Both the position numbers and the translations under genes were made by a program. DNA of 49,969 bases from Candidatus Aquidulcis sp. (GTDB taxonomy: Bacteria > Chloroflexota > Anaerolineae > Anaerolineales > E44-bin32), in contig DYJB01000002.1 of NCBI GenBank assembly GCA_020723365.1, positions 7,749 through 57,717 on the forward strand. Direction: 5' to 3'. Shown here in pieces: positions 34,649-44,224 of this stretch (its first letter is position 1; every line of letters starts with the position of its first letter). The notes below the pieces were generated by a model that saw nothing but the letters and a program-made list of their open reading frames with translations, had not been told where the DNA came from and did no database searches.

Positions 34649-35800
34649 CTAGGCCTCGACCTCCCACGGGGCACGCGCCGGATCCCCTTCGGCCAGGCAA
34701 GCCCGGATCGGCGAGGCGTGGTCCGGGAGCAGGTCAGCCATAGCGGCCAGCAGGCCGAAACAGCCAGCCAGCATCATGTCTCCGAAGGGGACCGCCAGAT
34801 AGGGCAGAAGGGCGGACGCGTGGAGCATGCCGCGGCGGGGGCCGGTGACGACCAGGCTGTGCGCTTCGGGGCGCAGGTCCAGCGGCCGCGGGTCCAGCAC
34901 GAGCGCTCCGTGTCCCATCTCGGCAAAGACCGTCTCGTGCGTCAGGCTGCCGGCGGCGAAGGAGCGCAGGTGGGCTTCCAGGCGCGGCTGGTCGAGCAGG
35001 CCGGTGTGGTGCTCGAAAACGCCCTCAATCCCGGCGGGGCCAAGCCGGAAAGCGAGGGCGTGGAAGTTCCCGACGTTGACCACCATGCGGCGAACGCGAG
35101 GGTCGAGGCTGGAATCGAACTGCGCTCCGAGGACGGCGGCGGGGGCCGTGTCCATGGCGATCAGCGGGGCATCGAAGGCATCGCCGGACTGCGCCGCGGC
35201 GCGCAGGCGGGTCATGTCGGCGGGGATTTCCGCCGCCCGATAGGCAAAGGCCGTGAGGCGGTTCTGCTGGCGAATGCGCTGCGCCAGGTAGTCGAAGCGG
35301 AACTGGCGGTCGGAGACGCCGACCGGCGCGGCGCCATGGTCGAAGACCGCCACGCCGACCGCCTGGGGCCGGAGGTCGAGGCCGAAGGCGGCGCAGGCGG
35401 TGCGCAGCGCCTCGGGATCAACGTCCCGCAGCTGGATGTGCGTGACGCCGTGGAGCTGTGCGGCCTCGTCCTCGGAGACGATCTGTACGCCCATCTCCCG
35501 CTGGACGGCCTCCAGGTCGTCGTTGAAGGTGCGCGCGGCAGCCGGTGTGGCGAACAGCTTGCGGCCGAGGCGCACGTGATCCTCGGCCGCCCAGGCGCAC
35601 GGCCCGCCCCCCATGGTCACCCCGTCGAGCAGAATCGCCTCGCCGCGCTGCGTGGCCTGCTGAATGCGGCGGCGGATGATCATGGTCGCCGAGGGCAGCA
35701 CCAGCTTGAAGCCGTTCTCGGGCGACAAGCCGGCGCGCAGCAGGTAGATGTCCTGCGTGCCGGTGCCAACGTCGATGGCGAGGTAGGTGGCGGAAGGCAT
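34649..35800 (-). CDS. DUF1786-like ASKHA (actin-fold) ATPase family protein
   Basis: YLAIDVGTGTQDI phosphate-1 motif. The overall pattern resembles DUF1786. Confidence 0.6.
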   Translation of the reverse strand: MPSATYLAIDVGTGTQDIYLLRAGLSPENGFKLVLPSATMIIRRRIQQATQRGEAILLDGVTMGGGPCAWAAEDHVRLGRKLFATPAAARTFNDDLEAVQREMGVQIVSEDEAAQLHGVTHIQLRDVDPEALRTACAAFGLDLRPQAVGVAVFDHGAAPVGVSDRQFRFDYLAQRIRQQNRLTAFAYRAAEIPADMTRLRAAAQSGDAFDAPLIAMDTAPAAVLGAQFDSSLDPRVRRMVVNVGNFHALAFRLGPAGIEGVFEHHTGLLDQPRLEAHLRSFAAGSLTHETVFAEMGHGALVLDPRPLDLRPEAHSLVVTGPRRGMLHASALLPYLAVPFGDMMLAGCFGLLAAMADLLPDHASPIRACLAEGDPARAPWEVEA

Positions 35801-35837
35801 GGCAGACGACAGGCGGCCGGCGCCCGGCCGCTAGCCC

Positions 35838-37862
35838 CTAGGTGCCGGGCAGCGGCTGCCAATCCGGCTGCATGTCGCGGCTGGTCGACGACTGGGTCAG
35901 ATTGGTTTCGTTCCCACCGCCGACGGGCATGAGGTAGATCTCGGGATTCTGGTCGCGGGTGGAGGTGAAGACGATGAAGCGGCCATCGGGCGAGAAGGCC
36001 GGCTCCTTGTTGCCGGCCGAGTTGGTCAGCTTCTGCCAGCGCTTCGGGTCGTTGGCGGGCACGATGTAGATCTCGTTGGATCCAGGCTGCTTCCAGGTGA
36101 AGGTCAGGAAGGTCCCATCGGCCGACCAGTCGAGGTGATCGGCGCCGATGATGGTGTCGCTGCGGTCGAAGGCCGAGGGGGTGGGAGCGACCCCTTCCGT
36201 CGCCAGGGCGCCGGGGTGGAAGTAGATGCGCCCCGGGGCGCCGTTGATGGAGGCCACCACGGCCAGGCGGGCTCCGTCGGGGGACCAGGCGGCCGAGAAC
36301 TCGACGGCGTTGAAGTCGGGCGAGTAGCTGTAGTTGCGCGGCCTGCCGAGCGAGCACGAGCCGGGCGATGGCTGGCAGGCGAGGTCGGCGACGAAGACCT
36401 GACGCAGGTTGTTGCTGCGCGTTGAGGCGAAGGCGATGCGCAGGCCATCCGGCGCCCAGGCCGGGTCGGTGTCGTCGCCGGGGGCGGCGGTCAGGTTGGT
36501 GATGCCCGTGCCGTCGAGGTTCATCACCCAGACGTCGCTTCCGAGCTTGTTGCCGAAGGAATCGGTTCCTCCGGGCGCGATGAACAGCAGTCGCCGGCCG
36601 TCGGGCGACCAGCGCGGCTGAGCCTTGTCGCCCGGGCCGAAGGTCAGCTGGCGCGGCCCGGTACCGTCCGGATAGACGGACCAGATTTGCAGCGTGCGGC
36701 CGTCCTCGCGATCGCTGACGAAGGCGATCACGCCTCCGCCGCCAAGGAGCGCGGCCGGCGAGGTCGGCGTGGCGGCGGGGGTATCGGTGACCGCGAGGGC
36801 GGGCGTTGCTGGTGGAGGAGGCGTGTCACTGGGAAGGCTGAACTCGGTCGCCGTGGGCAGGACGGCGGCGAGGGGCGGCTCGGGGGTGGCCGTGGCGCTG
36901 CGGCCGACACCCAGGAGGGGAGCGGCGATGAGCAGGGCTGCGCCGCCCACGACGAGGGCCAGCAGGAGGCCGCCGCCGGCGAGCACGGGGATCCAAGGGA
37001 AGGGCCGGCGGACGGCGGCGGGCCGGGCGACGACCGTCGGCGGCGCGGCACGCACCGTGGCGGCGTCCAGGCGGCCATGCAGTGCTTCACGGAAGGTGCC
37101 GATGTCGGGGAAGCGCGCCGCCTGCTCGATCGAGAGCGCCCGGGCGATGGCGGCATCCAGCGCCGGCGAGACGGCCGGGTTGAGGGCGCGGGCTGAGCGC
37201 AGCTCGACCTTGTCGAGCATGCGCTCGATGCTGTCGGTGGGCGGTCGGCCGGTGAGCAGCGAGTAGAGCGTCGCCGCCAGGGCGTACTGGTCGGTGCGGG
37301 CGTCGGTGCGCGCCCCGCCATACTGCTCGGGAGGCGAGTAGCCCGGCGTCAGGCCGCGGGCGCCGGTGGACGTCTGCGATTGATCGAAGACCTTGGCCAG
37401 GCCGAAGTCGACCAGCACGGGCGTGCCGTCGGGCTGAAGCTTGACATTGGCCGGCTTGATGTCGCGGTGGATGATGGGGGGCTGCCGGGAGTGCAGGTAC
37501 GCGAGGGCGTCGCACAGCGCCTCGGCCCAGTTCAGCACCTCGTCCACCGTCGGCGGTTGCCGCTGGGCGCGCGAATGCAGGTCCTCGCCCTCGATGAAAT
37601 CCATGACGAGGTACTGGTGACCCTCGAGCAGGAAGTGGTCGGTGACGCGGGGCAAGTTCGGGTGCCGCAGGCCGGCCAGGAGCGAGGCCTCGCGATGGAA
37701 CTGGCGCTCGGAGTCGGGCGAGGCGTTCAGGTTCTCCTTGACCGCCACGCGCAGCTGCAGCGTCTGGTCAAACGCAACGTAGACGGCGCCCATGCCGCCC
37801 TTGCCGAGCATGCCTTCGATCCGGTAGCGATCATGCAGGGAGGATCCGGGTTCAAGGGCCAT
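35838..37862 (-). CDS. Ser/Thr protein kinase with TM segment and C-terminal TolB-like (PD40) beta-propeller
   Basis: GKGGMGAVY, VAVK, HRDIKPANV, DFG, and repeated PD40-like units (SPDG..L.F). Start moved to ATG 37862. Confidence 0.85.
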   Translation of the reverse strand: MALEPGSSLHDRYRIEGMLGKGGMGAVYVAFDQTLQLRVAVKENLNASPDSERQFHREASLLAGLRHPNLPRVTDHFLLEGHQYLVMDFIEGEDLHSRAQRQPPTVDEVLNWAEALCDALAYLHSRQPPIIHRDIKPANVKLQPDGTPVLVDFGLAKVFDQSQTSTGARGLTPGYSPPEQYGGARTDARTDQYALAATLYSLLTGRPPTDSIERMLDKVELRSARALNPAVSPALDAAIARALSIEQAARFPDIGTFREALHGRLDAATVRAAPPTVVARPAAVRRPFPWIPVLAGGGLLLALVVGGAALLIAAPLLGVGRSATATPEPPLAAVLPTATEFSLPSDTPPPPATPALAVTDTPAATPTSPAALLGGGGVIAFVSDREDGRTLQIWSVYPDGTGPRQLTFGPGDKAQPRWSPDGRRLLFIAPGGTDSFGNKLGSDVWVMNLDGTGITNLTAAPGDDTDPAWAPDGLRIAFASTRSNNLRQVFVADLACQPSPGSCSLGRPRNYSYSPDFNAVEFSAAWSPDGARLAVVASINGAPGRIYFHPGALATEGVAPTPSAFDRSDTIIGADHLDWSADGTFLTFTWKQPGSNEIYIVPANDPKRWQKLTNSAGNKEPAFSPDGRFIVFTSTRDQNPEIYLMPVGGGNETNLTQSSTSRDMQPDWQPLPGT

Positions 37863-37869
37863 GGCGGGG

Positions 37870-37875
37870 ATTGTA
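37870..37875 (-). promoter_or_regulatory. -10 TACAAT 7 nt upstream of ATG 37862 (leaderless-type arrangement)
   Basis: Minus strand reads GCTACAATCCCCGCCATG with no SD. Confidence 0.4.
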
Positions 37876-37945
37876 GCCACAGGAGGACGGGGTGGCAACC
37901 CGAGCGGCCGGCGCAGCCTGAGACAGCCCCAGGGACCGGCCGCCG

Positions 37946-37966
37946 CTCCCTACCATCGGTAGGGAG
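37946..37966. promoter_or_regulatory. Palindrome CTCCCTACC-ATC-GGTAGGGAG, copy 1 (candidate operator)
   Basis: Identical 21-bp core recurs at 38084-38104. Confidence 0.5.
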
Positions 37967-38045
37967 ATCCGCCGCCGGGACTAGGATGTGCGGCGGGAGG
38001 GCTTTCGGACAGGTGACAGATGTCGCTGGAGCGGTTTGTAGGCCG

Positions 38046-38054
38046 TGCTATAGT
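38046..38054 (+). promoter_or_regulatory. Extended -10 (TGCTATAGT) upstream of the formate dehydrogenase operon
   Basis: TGnTATAGT lies between the two palindrome copies. Confidence 0.4.
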
Positions 38055-38082
38055 CTCCTTACGAAGGTGCGCCAGGGCGCCT

Positions 38083-38105
38083 CCTCCCTACCATCGGTAG
38101 GGAGG
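38083..38105. promoter_or_regulatory. Palindrome CCTCCCTACC-ATC-GGTAGGGAGG, copy 2 (candidate operator or leader hairpin)
   Basis: Lies about 30 nt downstream of the candidate -10 and 41 nt upstream of ATG 38147. Confidence 0.5.
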
Positions 38106-38146
38106 CGTTGCGGCGTCCGGGTGCCCAAGGGAGGGACTGCGACGCC

Positions 38147-38686
38147 ATGCACCGACGCGTCTCCGCCAACCCGATCCGCCGCTTCAATTACCAGGGCGAC
38201 CCGCTGGCCGAGCCGGCGCCCGCCGATCTGATGGAGATCCTGGACCGCTACCGGGGCCAGCGTGATGCGCTGATCACGGTGCTGGAGGAGATCCAGGCCC
38301 GCTACTCCTTCCTCCCCGCCAAGCATCTTCAGTATGCCTCGCGGGAGCTGGGCTTCCCGCTGGCGCAGGTCTACGGCATTTCGACCTTCTACAATGTCTT
38401 CAAGCTGACGGCGCCCGGCCGCTACCAGGTGCGCGTGTGCAAGGGAACAGCCTGCCACGTCAATCGCTCGTCGGCCATGCTCGACCACCTGAGCGAGAAG
38501 CTGGGCATCCATGAGGATGAGACCACAGCCGACGGACTGTTCACGCTGCAGACCGTCGCCTGCATGGGCGCCTGCAGCCTGGCGCCGGTGATGGTCATCA
38601 ACGATCAGACGTACGGCCGCATGACCCCCGACCTGTCGTGGGAGATCCTGTCCGAGCTCGTGGCCACCGAGCGGCCGCGGGTGTAG
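38147..38686 (+). CDS. NuoE/HndA-like [2Fe-2S] subunit of NAD-linked formate dehydrogenase
   Basis: Thioredoxin-like 2Fe-2S pattern C-x4-C...C-x3-C (VCKGTACH..., ACMGACSLAP). Start uncertain; ATG 38147 chosen. Confidence 0.8.
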   Translation: MHRRVSANPIRRFNYQGDPLAEPAPADLMEILDRYRGQRDALITVLEEIQARYSFLPAKHLQYASRELGFPLAQVYGISTFYNVFKLTAPGRYQVRVCKGTACHVNRSSAMLDHLSEKLGIHEDETTADGLFTLQTVACMGACSLAPVMVINDQTYGRMTPDLSWEILSELVATERPRV

Positions 38687-38695
38687 GAGGACGCC

Positions 38696-40318
38696 ATGAG
38701 CACCGTCATTCGCATCGGCACCTCCACGTGCGGGCAGGCGGCGGGGGCCGAATCGGTCGTCAGCGCCGTCAACGCCTACGTCGATCGCCGTCAGGTTCCG
38801 GTGACGGTCCAGCGCACCGGCTGCCTGGGCGCCTGCCACAACGAGCCGCTGGTGGAAGTGACCGACAACGACGTGGCCGTCCTCTACGGGCCGGTCAGCC
38901 CCGAGCGCGTCAGCCTGGTGCTGGACCGGCACTTCGGGGGCGGAGGCGGCCGCTGGGTCGATCCGTCGTGGATCCTCAGCCGGCGTCCCGATCACGACGA
39001 CTTCCCCTTCCTGGCGCGGCAGACCAAGGTGACCACCCGCCTGTGCGGCGTCATCGATCCGATGTCGCTCGACGACTACCTGGCCAACGGCGGGTACATG
39101 GCGTTGCGCGACGCGCTGCGCATGCCGCCGGAGAAGGTCATTGCCGCCGTCAAGGACTCGCGCCTGCGCGGGCGCGGGGGCGCGGGCTTCTCGACCGGCA
39201 CCAAGTGGGAGATCACCCGCCGCCAGCCGGCCAGCCCCAAGTTCCTGATCTGCAACGCCGACGAGGGCGACCCGGGCGCCTTCATGAACCGCACCATGAT
39301 CGAGGGCGATCCGCACCGCGTCCTGGAAGGCATGCTCATCGCCGCCTGGGCCATCGGCGCCTCCAAGGGCTACCTGTACGTGCGGGCCGAATACCCGCTG
39401 GCGGTCAAGGCGCTGCGCAATGCCATTCGCCAGGCTGCCGAGTATGGCGTCACCGGCAAGAACATCCTCGGCAGCGGCCTGGATTTCGAGTTCGTGATCA
39501 AAGAGGGCGCCGGGGCCTTCGTCTGCGGCGAGGAGACGGCGCTGATGCACTCGATCGAAGGGCAGCGCGGGACGCCGAGCATGCGCCCGCCCTATCCCTC
39601 GGTGGCCGGCCTGTGGGGCTATCCCACCAACATCAACAACGTCGAGTCCTTCGCCAGCATTCCCTCCATCCTGCTGCACGGGCCGGCCTGGTTCGCCGCC
39701 CTGGGGACGGAGCAGTCCGGCGGGACCAAGGCCTTCGCCCTCACCGGCGCCGTGCGCGCCTCCGGGCTGGTGGAGGTGCCGCTGGGAACCCCGCTGCGCA
39801 CGCTGGTGGAGGAGATCGGCGGCGGCTGTAAGAGCGACCGGCCGGTGAAGGCCGTCCAGCTGGGGGGCCCATCGGGAGGGTGCGTGCCGGCCGAACTGCT
39901 CGACACGCGCATCGACTACGAGGACCTGCGGCGCACCGGCGCCATCATGGGTTCGGGCGGCATGGTGGTGGTCGACGACACGACCTGCATGGTCGATTTC
40001 GCCCGCTACTTCCTGACCTTCACCCAGGACGAATCCTGCGGCAAGTGCGTGCCGTGCCGCGTCGGCACGCGCAAGATGCTCGGCATCCTGACCAAGATCT
40101 GTCACGGGCAGGGGACGCATCAGGACCTGGAGAGGCTGACGCGCCTGTGCGAGACGGTGCGCACCGGATCGTTGTGCGGCCTGGGCACCACGGCGCCCAA
40201 TCCCGTCCTGACGACCATGCGCTACTTCGAGCGCGAGTATGTGGCGCACGTCGATGCCGGGCTGTGCCCCGCCGGGATCTGCAGCATGCGTCCCGGCACG
40301 TCCACCCGGGCTGCCTGA
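38696..40318 (+). CDS. NuoF-like NAD(H)-binding flavoprotein subunit with N-terminal thioredoxin-like domain
   Basis: GRGGAGFSTGTKWE (FMN site), ADEGDPGAF, SCGKCVPCRVGT (4Fe-4S). Confidence 0.88.
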   Translation: MSTVIRIGTSTCGQAAGAESVVSAVNAYVDRRQVPVTVQRTGCLGACHNEPLVEVTDNDVAVLYGPVSPERVSLVLDRHFGGGGGRWVDPSWILSRRPDHDDFPFLARQTKVTTRLCGVIDPMSLDDYLANGGYMALRDALRMPPEKVIAAVKDSRLRGRGGAGFSTGTKWEITRRQPASPKFLICNADEGDPGAFMNRTMIEGDPHRVLEGMLIAAWAIGASKGYLYVRAEYPLAVKALRNAIRQAAEYGVTGKNILGSGLDFEFVIKEGAGAFVCGEETALMHSIEGQRGTPSMRPPYPSVAGLWGYPTNINNVESFASIPSILLHGPAWFAALGTEQSGGTKAFALTGAVRASGLVEVPLGTPLRTLVEEIGGGCKSDRPVKAVQLGGPSGGCVPAELLDTRIDYEDLRRTGAIMGSGGMVVVDDTTCMVDFARYFLTFTQDESCGKCVPCRVGTRKMLGILTKICHGQGTHQDLERLTRLCETVRTGSLCGLGTTAPNPVLTTMRYFEREYVAHVDAGLCPAGICSMRPGTSTRAA

Positions 40319-40331
40319 GCGGAGGGTTGCC

Positions 40332-43175
40332 ATGATCTCCCTGACACTGGACGGCCGAGCGATCCAGGTGCAGCCCGGGACCAACGTCCTGCAGGCGGCC
40401 CTGTCCAACGGCATCCACATTCCGCACCTGTGCCATCACCCCGACCTGCGCCCGTCCGGCGGCTGCCGTCTGTGCATGGTCGAGATCGGCGGCCGGCCGA
40501 ACCCGGCGGCGGCGTGCGGGCTGCTGGCCGAAGAGGGCATGGCCGTCACGACTCAGAGCGAGCGCCTGACGGAGATGCGCCGCGAGATCATCGACCTGTT
40601 CGTCTCCGATCACCCGCTGCGCTGCGTCACGTGCGACAAGAACGGCGTGTGTGCCCTGCAGCGCTACGCCTACGACTACGGCATCTCCGAAACCAGTTTC
40701 GACTTCGAGCTCTCGCGCACGCTGTACCAGGACGACAACCCGATGTTCGTGCGCGACCACCAGTACTGCATCCTGTGCGGACGGTGCACGCGGGTGTGCG
40801 ACGAAATCGTGGGCGCCAATGCCATCGAGATCTCCGGCCGCGGCTTCGTCAGCCACGTGGCCACACCCTTCGATTGGGCCATGTCGGACTCCACCTGCGT
40901 CTTCTGCGGAAACTGCGTGCAGGTCTGCCCGGTGGCGGCGCTGATGCCGCGCGGCCGGATCGGCATGGGGCGCGAGTGGGAGCTCGAGCACGTGCGCACG
41001 ATCTGCGGCTACTGCGGCGTGGGCTGCGGCATCGACTACGCCGCCAAGGACGGCAAGATCCTCTACGCCCAGGGCTTCCCGGAGGCGGTCGTCAACGGCG
41101 AGTTCCTGTGCGTGAAGGGCCGCTTCGGGTGGGACTTCGTCGGGAACCCCGAGCGCCTCACCCGGCCGCTGGTGCGGCGCGACCTGGCACACCGCCTGGG
41201 CCTGATCGACGATCCCTTCTCCCTGCCGGAAGAGTCGGTCTTCACCAGCCGTATCGGGGTGGAGAACTTCGTGCCGGTCGACTGGGAGACGGCCGTCGAC
41301 ATCGTGGCCGGGCAACTGCTGGGCACGGTGGAGGCGCACGGACCGGACGCCGTCGCCGGGCTGACCTCGGCCCGCTGCACGAATGAGGACAACTACCTCT
41401 TCCAGAAGCTGATGCGGGTTGGGATCGGGACCAATAACATCGACCATTGCGCCCGGCTTTGACACAGCTCCACCGTCACCGGTCTGGTGACAGCGTTCGG
41501 CAGCGGGGCGATGACCAACAGCATTCGTGAGATCCGGCAGGCCGACTGCATCCTGATCACCGGCTCGAACACGGCTGAATCGCACCCGGTGATCAGCTAC
41601 GAAGTCATCCGGGCGGTCAAGAGCGGCGCCAACCTGATCCTCATTGACCCGCGCCGCGTGCCGCTGGCCCGCCACGCGACGCACTACCTGCAGGCACAAC
41701 CGGGAACCGATATCTACGTCTTTCTGGCCATGGCGCACCTCATCCTGCGGGAGGGGCTGGCCGACACGGAGTTCCTGGCGCAGCGTGTGGAAGGCTTCGA
41801 AGACTTCCGCGCCTGCGTGGCCGAGCACACTCCCGAAGCCGCCGCCCTCATCTCGGGGGTGCCGGCCGAGCAGATCGAGACGGCGGCGCGCCTGTACGCC
41901 GGCGGTGAGCGCGCCTTCGGCACCTCGGCCTTCGGCGAGGGGCGCGGGCACTCGACGATCCTGTACGCCATGGGCATCACCCAGCGGTCGATCGGAACGC
42001 AGCTGGTGCAGATGCTCGCCAACCTGGCCATGCTCACCGGGCAGGTGGGCAAGCCTTCCACCGGCGTCAATCCGCTGCGGGGCCAGTCGAATGTCCAGGG
42101 AGCCTGCGATGTCGGCGGGCTGCCGGAGTACCTGCCCGGCTACCAGCGCGTGGAGGACGACGTCAAACGCCGCCAGGTGGCGCAGGCGTGGGGACTGGAC
42201 GACCTGCCCTCCCGCGCCGGGCTGACGGTGGTCGAGATGATGCACGCCGCCGCCGAAGGCAAGCTCAAGGCCATGTACGTCATGGGGGAGAACCCCCTCA
42301 TGTCGGACCCGGACCTGCAGCACGTCGAGAAGGCGCTTCGCAACCTGGACTTCCTGGTGGTGCAGGACATCTTCTTCAATGAGACGGCGCAGCTGGCGCA
42401 CGTCATCCTTCCGGCGGCGGCCTCGCTCGAGAAGGACGGCACGATGACGAACACGGAGCGCCGCGTGCAGCTGCTGCGCCCCGTGGTCCGGGCCCCCGGC
42501 GAGGCCCGGCCTGACTGGTCGATCCTGGCGGAGGTGGGCACGCGCATCGACCGCCGGCGCGCCCTGGAACGCGAGGTCGAGTTCTGGGAATTCGCTTCGA
42601 CGGCCGACGTCATGGACGAGATCGCGACCGTTACGCCGATCTACCGGGGCGTACGCCACCACCGGCTGCGCCAGGCCGGCCTCACCTGGCCGGTGCCGGA
42701 CGCCCGGCACCCGGGAACACCCACGCTGCACGTGGGCACGTTCTCGCGCGGCAAGGGCCAGATGCTGCCGGTGACGGCCCAGATGCCGGCCGAGCAGCCC
42801 GACGCCGAGTATCCGCTGATCCTCTCGACCGGGCGCACGCTCTACCACTACCACTCGGGGACGATGACGCGCCGCAGTGAGGGTTTGGCGTGGCGTGAAC
42901 CGCGCAGCTATGCCGAGATCAACGAGGCGGATGCGGCCCGGCTTGGCGCGCGGGACGGCGGCCCGATCGTGATCGTGAGCCGGCGCGGCCAGGTACGGAC
43001 GCAGGCCCGGGTGGGGAAGCGCGTGCCGGCAGGCACGGTCTTCCTTTCCTTTCACTGGCGCGAGGCGCCGGCCAATCTGTTGACGCACGATTTCGGTCTC
43101 GACCCGAAGGCCAAGATCCCGGAGTACAAGATCTGCGCGGTGCGGGTGGAAGTGCCCAAGCGCGGGCGGGGCTGA
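40332..43175 (+). CDS. fdhA: Formate dehydrogenase catalytic subunit with in-frame TGA 41460-41462 read as selenocysteine
   Basis: N-terminal 2Fe-2S/4Fe-4S Cys clusters. NNIDHCARL-TGA-HSSTVTGL aligns with the FdhF Sec site. ORF-track pieces 40239-41462 and 41487-43175 are in the same frame. GGAGGG RBS before ATG 40332. Confidence 0.88.
41475..41491 (+). promoter_or_regulatory. Bacterial SECIS-like hairpin
   Basis: GTCACC-GGTCT-GGTGAC starts 12 nt after the TGA. The GGUC-containing loop resembles the E. coli fdhF SECIS. Confidence 0.65.
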
Positions 43176-43198
43176 GCCCGCATCCCCCGGCATGCGAA

Positions 43199-43218
43199 GG
43201 GCTGGCCCGTGCCAGCCC
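43199..43218 (+). terminator. Hairpin after fdhA
   Basis: GGGCTGGC-CCGT-GCCAGCCC followed by CTTTCG. Confidence 0.5.
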
Positions 43219-43289
43219 CTTTCGCGCCCGGAATCATTGCGGAAACGCGCCATCGCTGGTAGAAGTCCCTGACGGGGACAGGAGATCGA

Positions 43290-44066
43290 GTGGACGGCGG
43301 CGCGGTCGAGGCGCAGTGGCTCGAATACGGACGGGGATGGTCCTCCGTTCGGGCCGAAGTGATCGGCGAGATCCTGCTGACGATCTACGTCAACGGGCAG
43401 GAGTTCGCCTCGATCATGTCGACCCCGCGCGACCAGGCCGAGCTTGCGCTCGGCTTTCTCAAGAACGAGGGCGTCCTCGAGCGCATGGAGCAGGTGGAAG
43501 CGCTGATCGTCAACCGGGACGGCTGCTGCGTGGACCTCTGGCTCGACCGGCCTGTTCAGCGCCCCAAGCGGGAGATCCTGACGTCGGGCTGCGGCGGCGG
43601 GACGACCTTTCACGACCCGGGCGAAGCGCTGCCACCGATCGAGGCGAACGCACGCGTCAGCCCGGAAGTGCTCGTCGAGTTGATGGGCAGGCTGCACGGA
43701 CGGGAGAGCCTGCACGCGCGGGCGCGCGGCGTGCACACCGCCGGGCTTTCGGACGGGCGGGAGATTCTGGCGCTGGCGGAGGATGTCGGCCGCCACAACA
43801 CCATCGACAAGCTGACCGGGATGTGCTTGCTGCGCAACTTGCCCACGGCGGGACTGCTCCTGCTGACCACGGGACGGATCTCCTCGGAGATGCTGCGCAA
43901 GGGCGCCCGCATGGGGTGTCCTATCATCGCCTCGCGCAACTCGCCGACCTCGCTGGCGGTGACGATGGCCAAGGCGTGGAACCTGACGCTCGTCGGGTAC
44001 GTCCGGCGGGCGACGCTGCGCGTCTACGCCCACCCGGAGCGCCTCGGCTACCGTGCTCTACCTTGA
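43290..44066 (+). CDS. fdhD: Formate dehydrogenase accessory sulfurtransferase FdhD
   Basis: GTG start with CAGGAGA RBS. TSGCGGG and GRHNTIDKL motifs. Confidence 0.88.
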   Translation: MDGGAVEAQWLEYGRGWSSVRAEVIGEILLTIYVNGQEFASIMSTPRDQAELALGFLKNEGVLERMEQVEALIVNRDGCCVDLWLDRPVQRPKREILTSGCGGGTTFHDPGEALPPIEANARVSPEVLVELMGRLHGRESLHARARGVHTAGLSDGREILALAEDVGRHNTIDKLTGMCLLRNLPTAGLLLLTTGRISSEMLRKGARMGCPIIASRNSPTSLAVTMAKAWNLTLVGYVRRATLRVYAHPERLGYRALP

Positions 44067-44224
44067 GCCCGTGGGTCGCTCGCCAGAGCGCGCCCCAGGG
44101 GTCAGCCTCGAGCCGTTGCCGGCTGGACAGGGGGGAAGGCGCGGGGTGGTGCAGGCGCGGCGCCGGACCGCCTGGGCGCTCGGCCCGACTTTGCCCGCGG
44201 ATGGGCTGGGCACGCGAAAGCAGG

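Noticed and set aside
38048-40420. 790-aa ORF on the minus strand
   Set aside because: It is antisense to the nuoE-like and nuoF-like genes. It has no motifs and the same compositional artefact.
40020-44033. 1337-aa ORF on the minus strand, the longest in the track
   Set aside because: It is antisense to fdhA and fdhD, which carry clear family motifs on the + strand. It shows no recognisable domains and has Arg/Pro/Gly-rich composition, so it is a GC-rich artefact.
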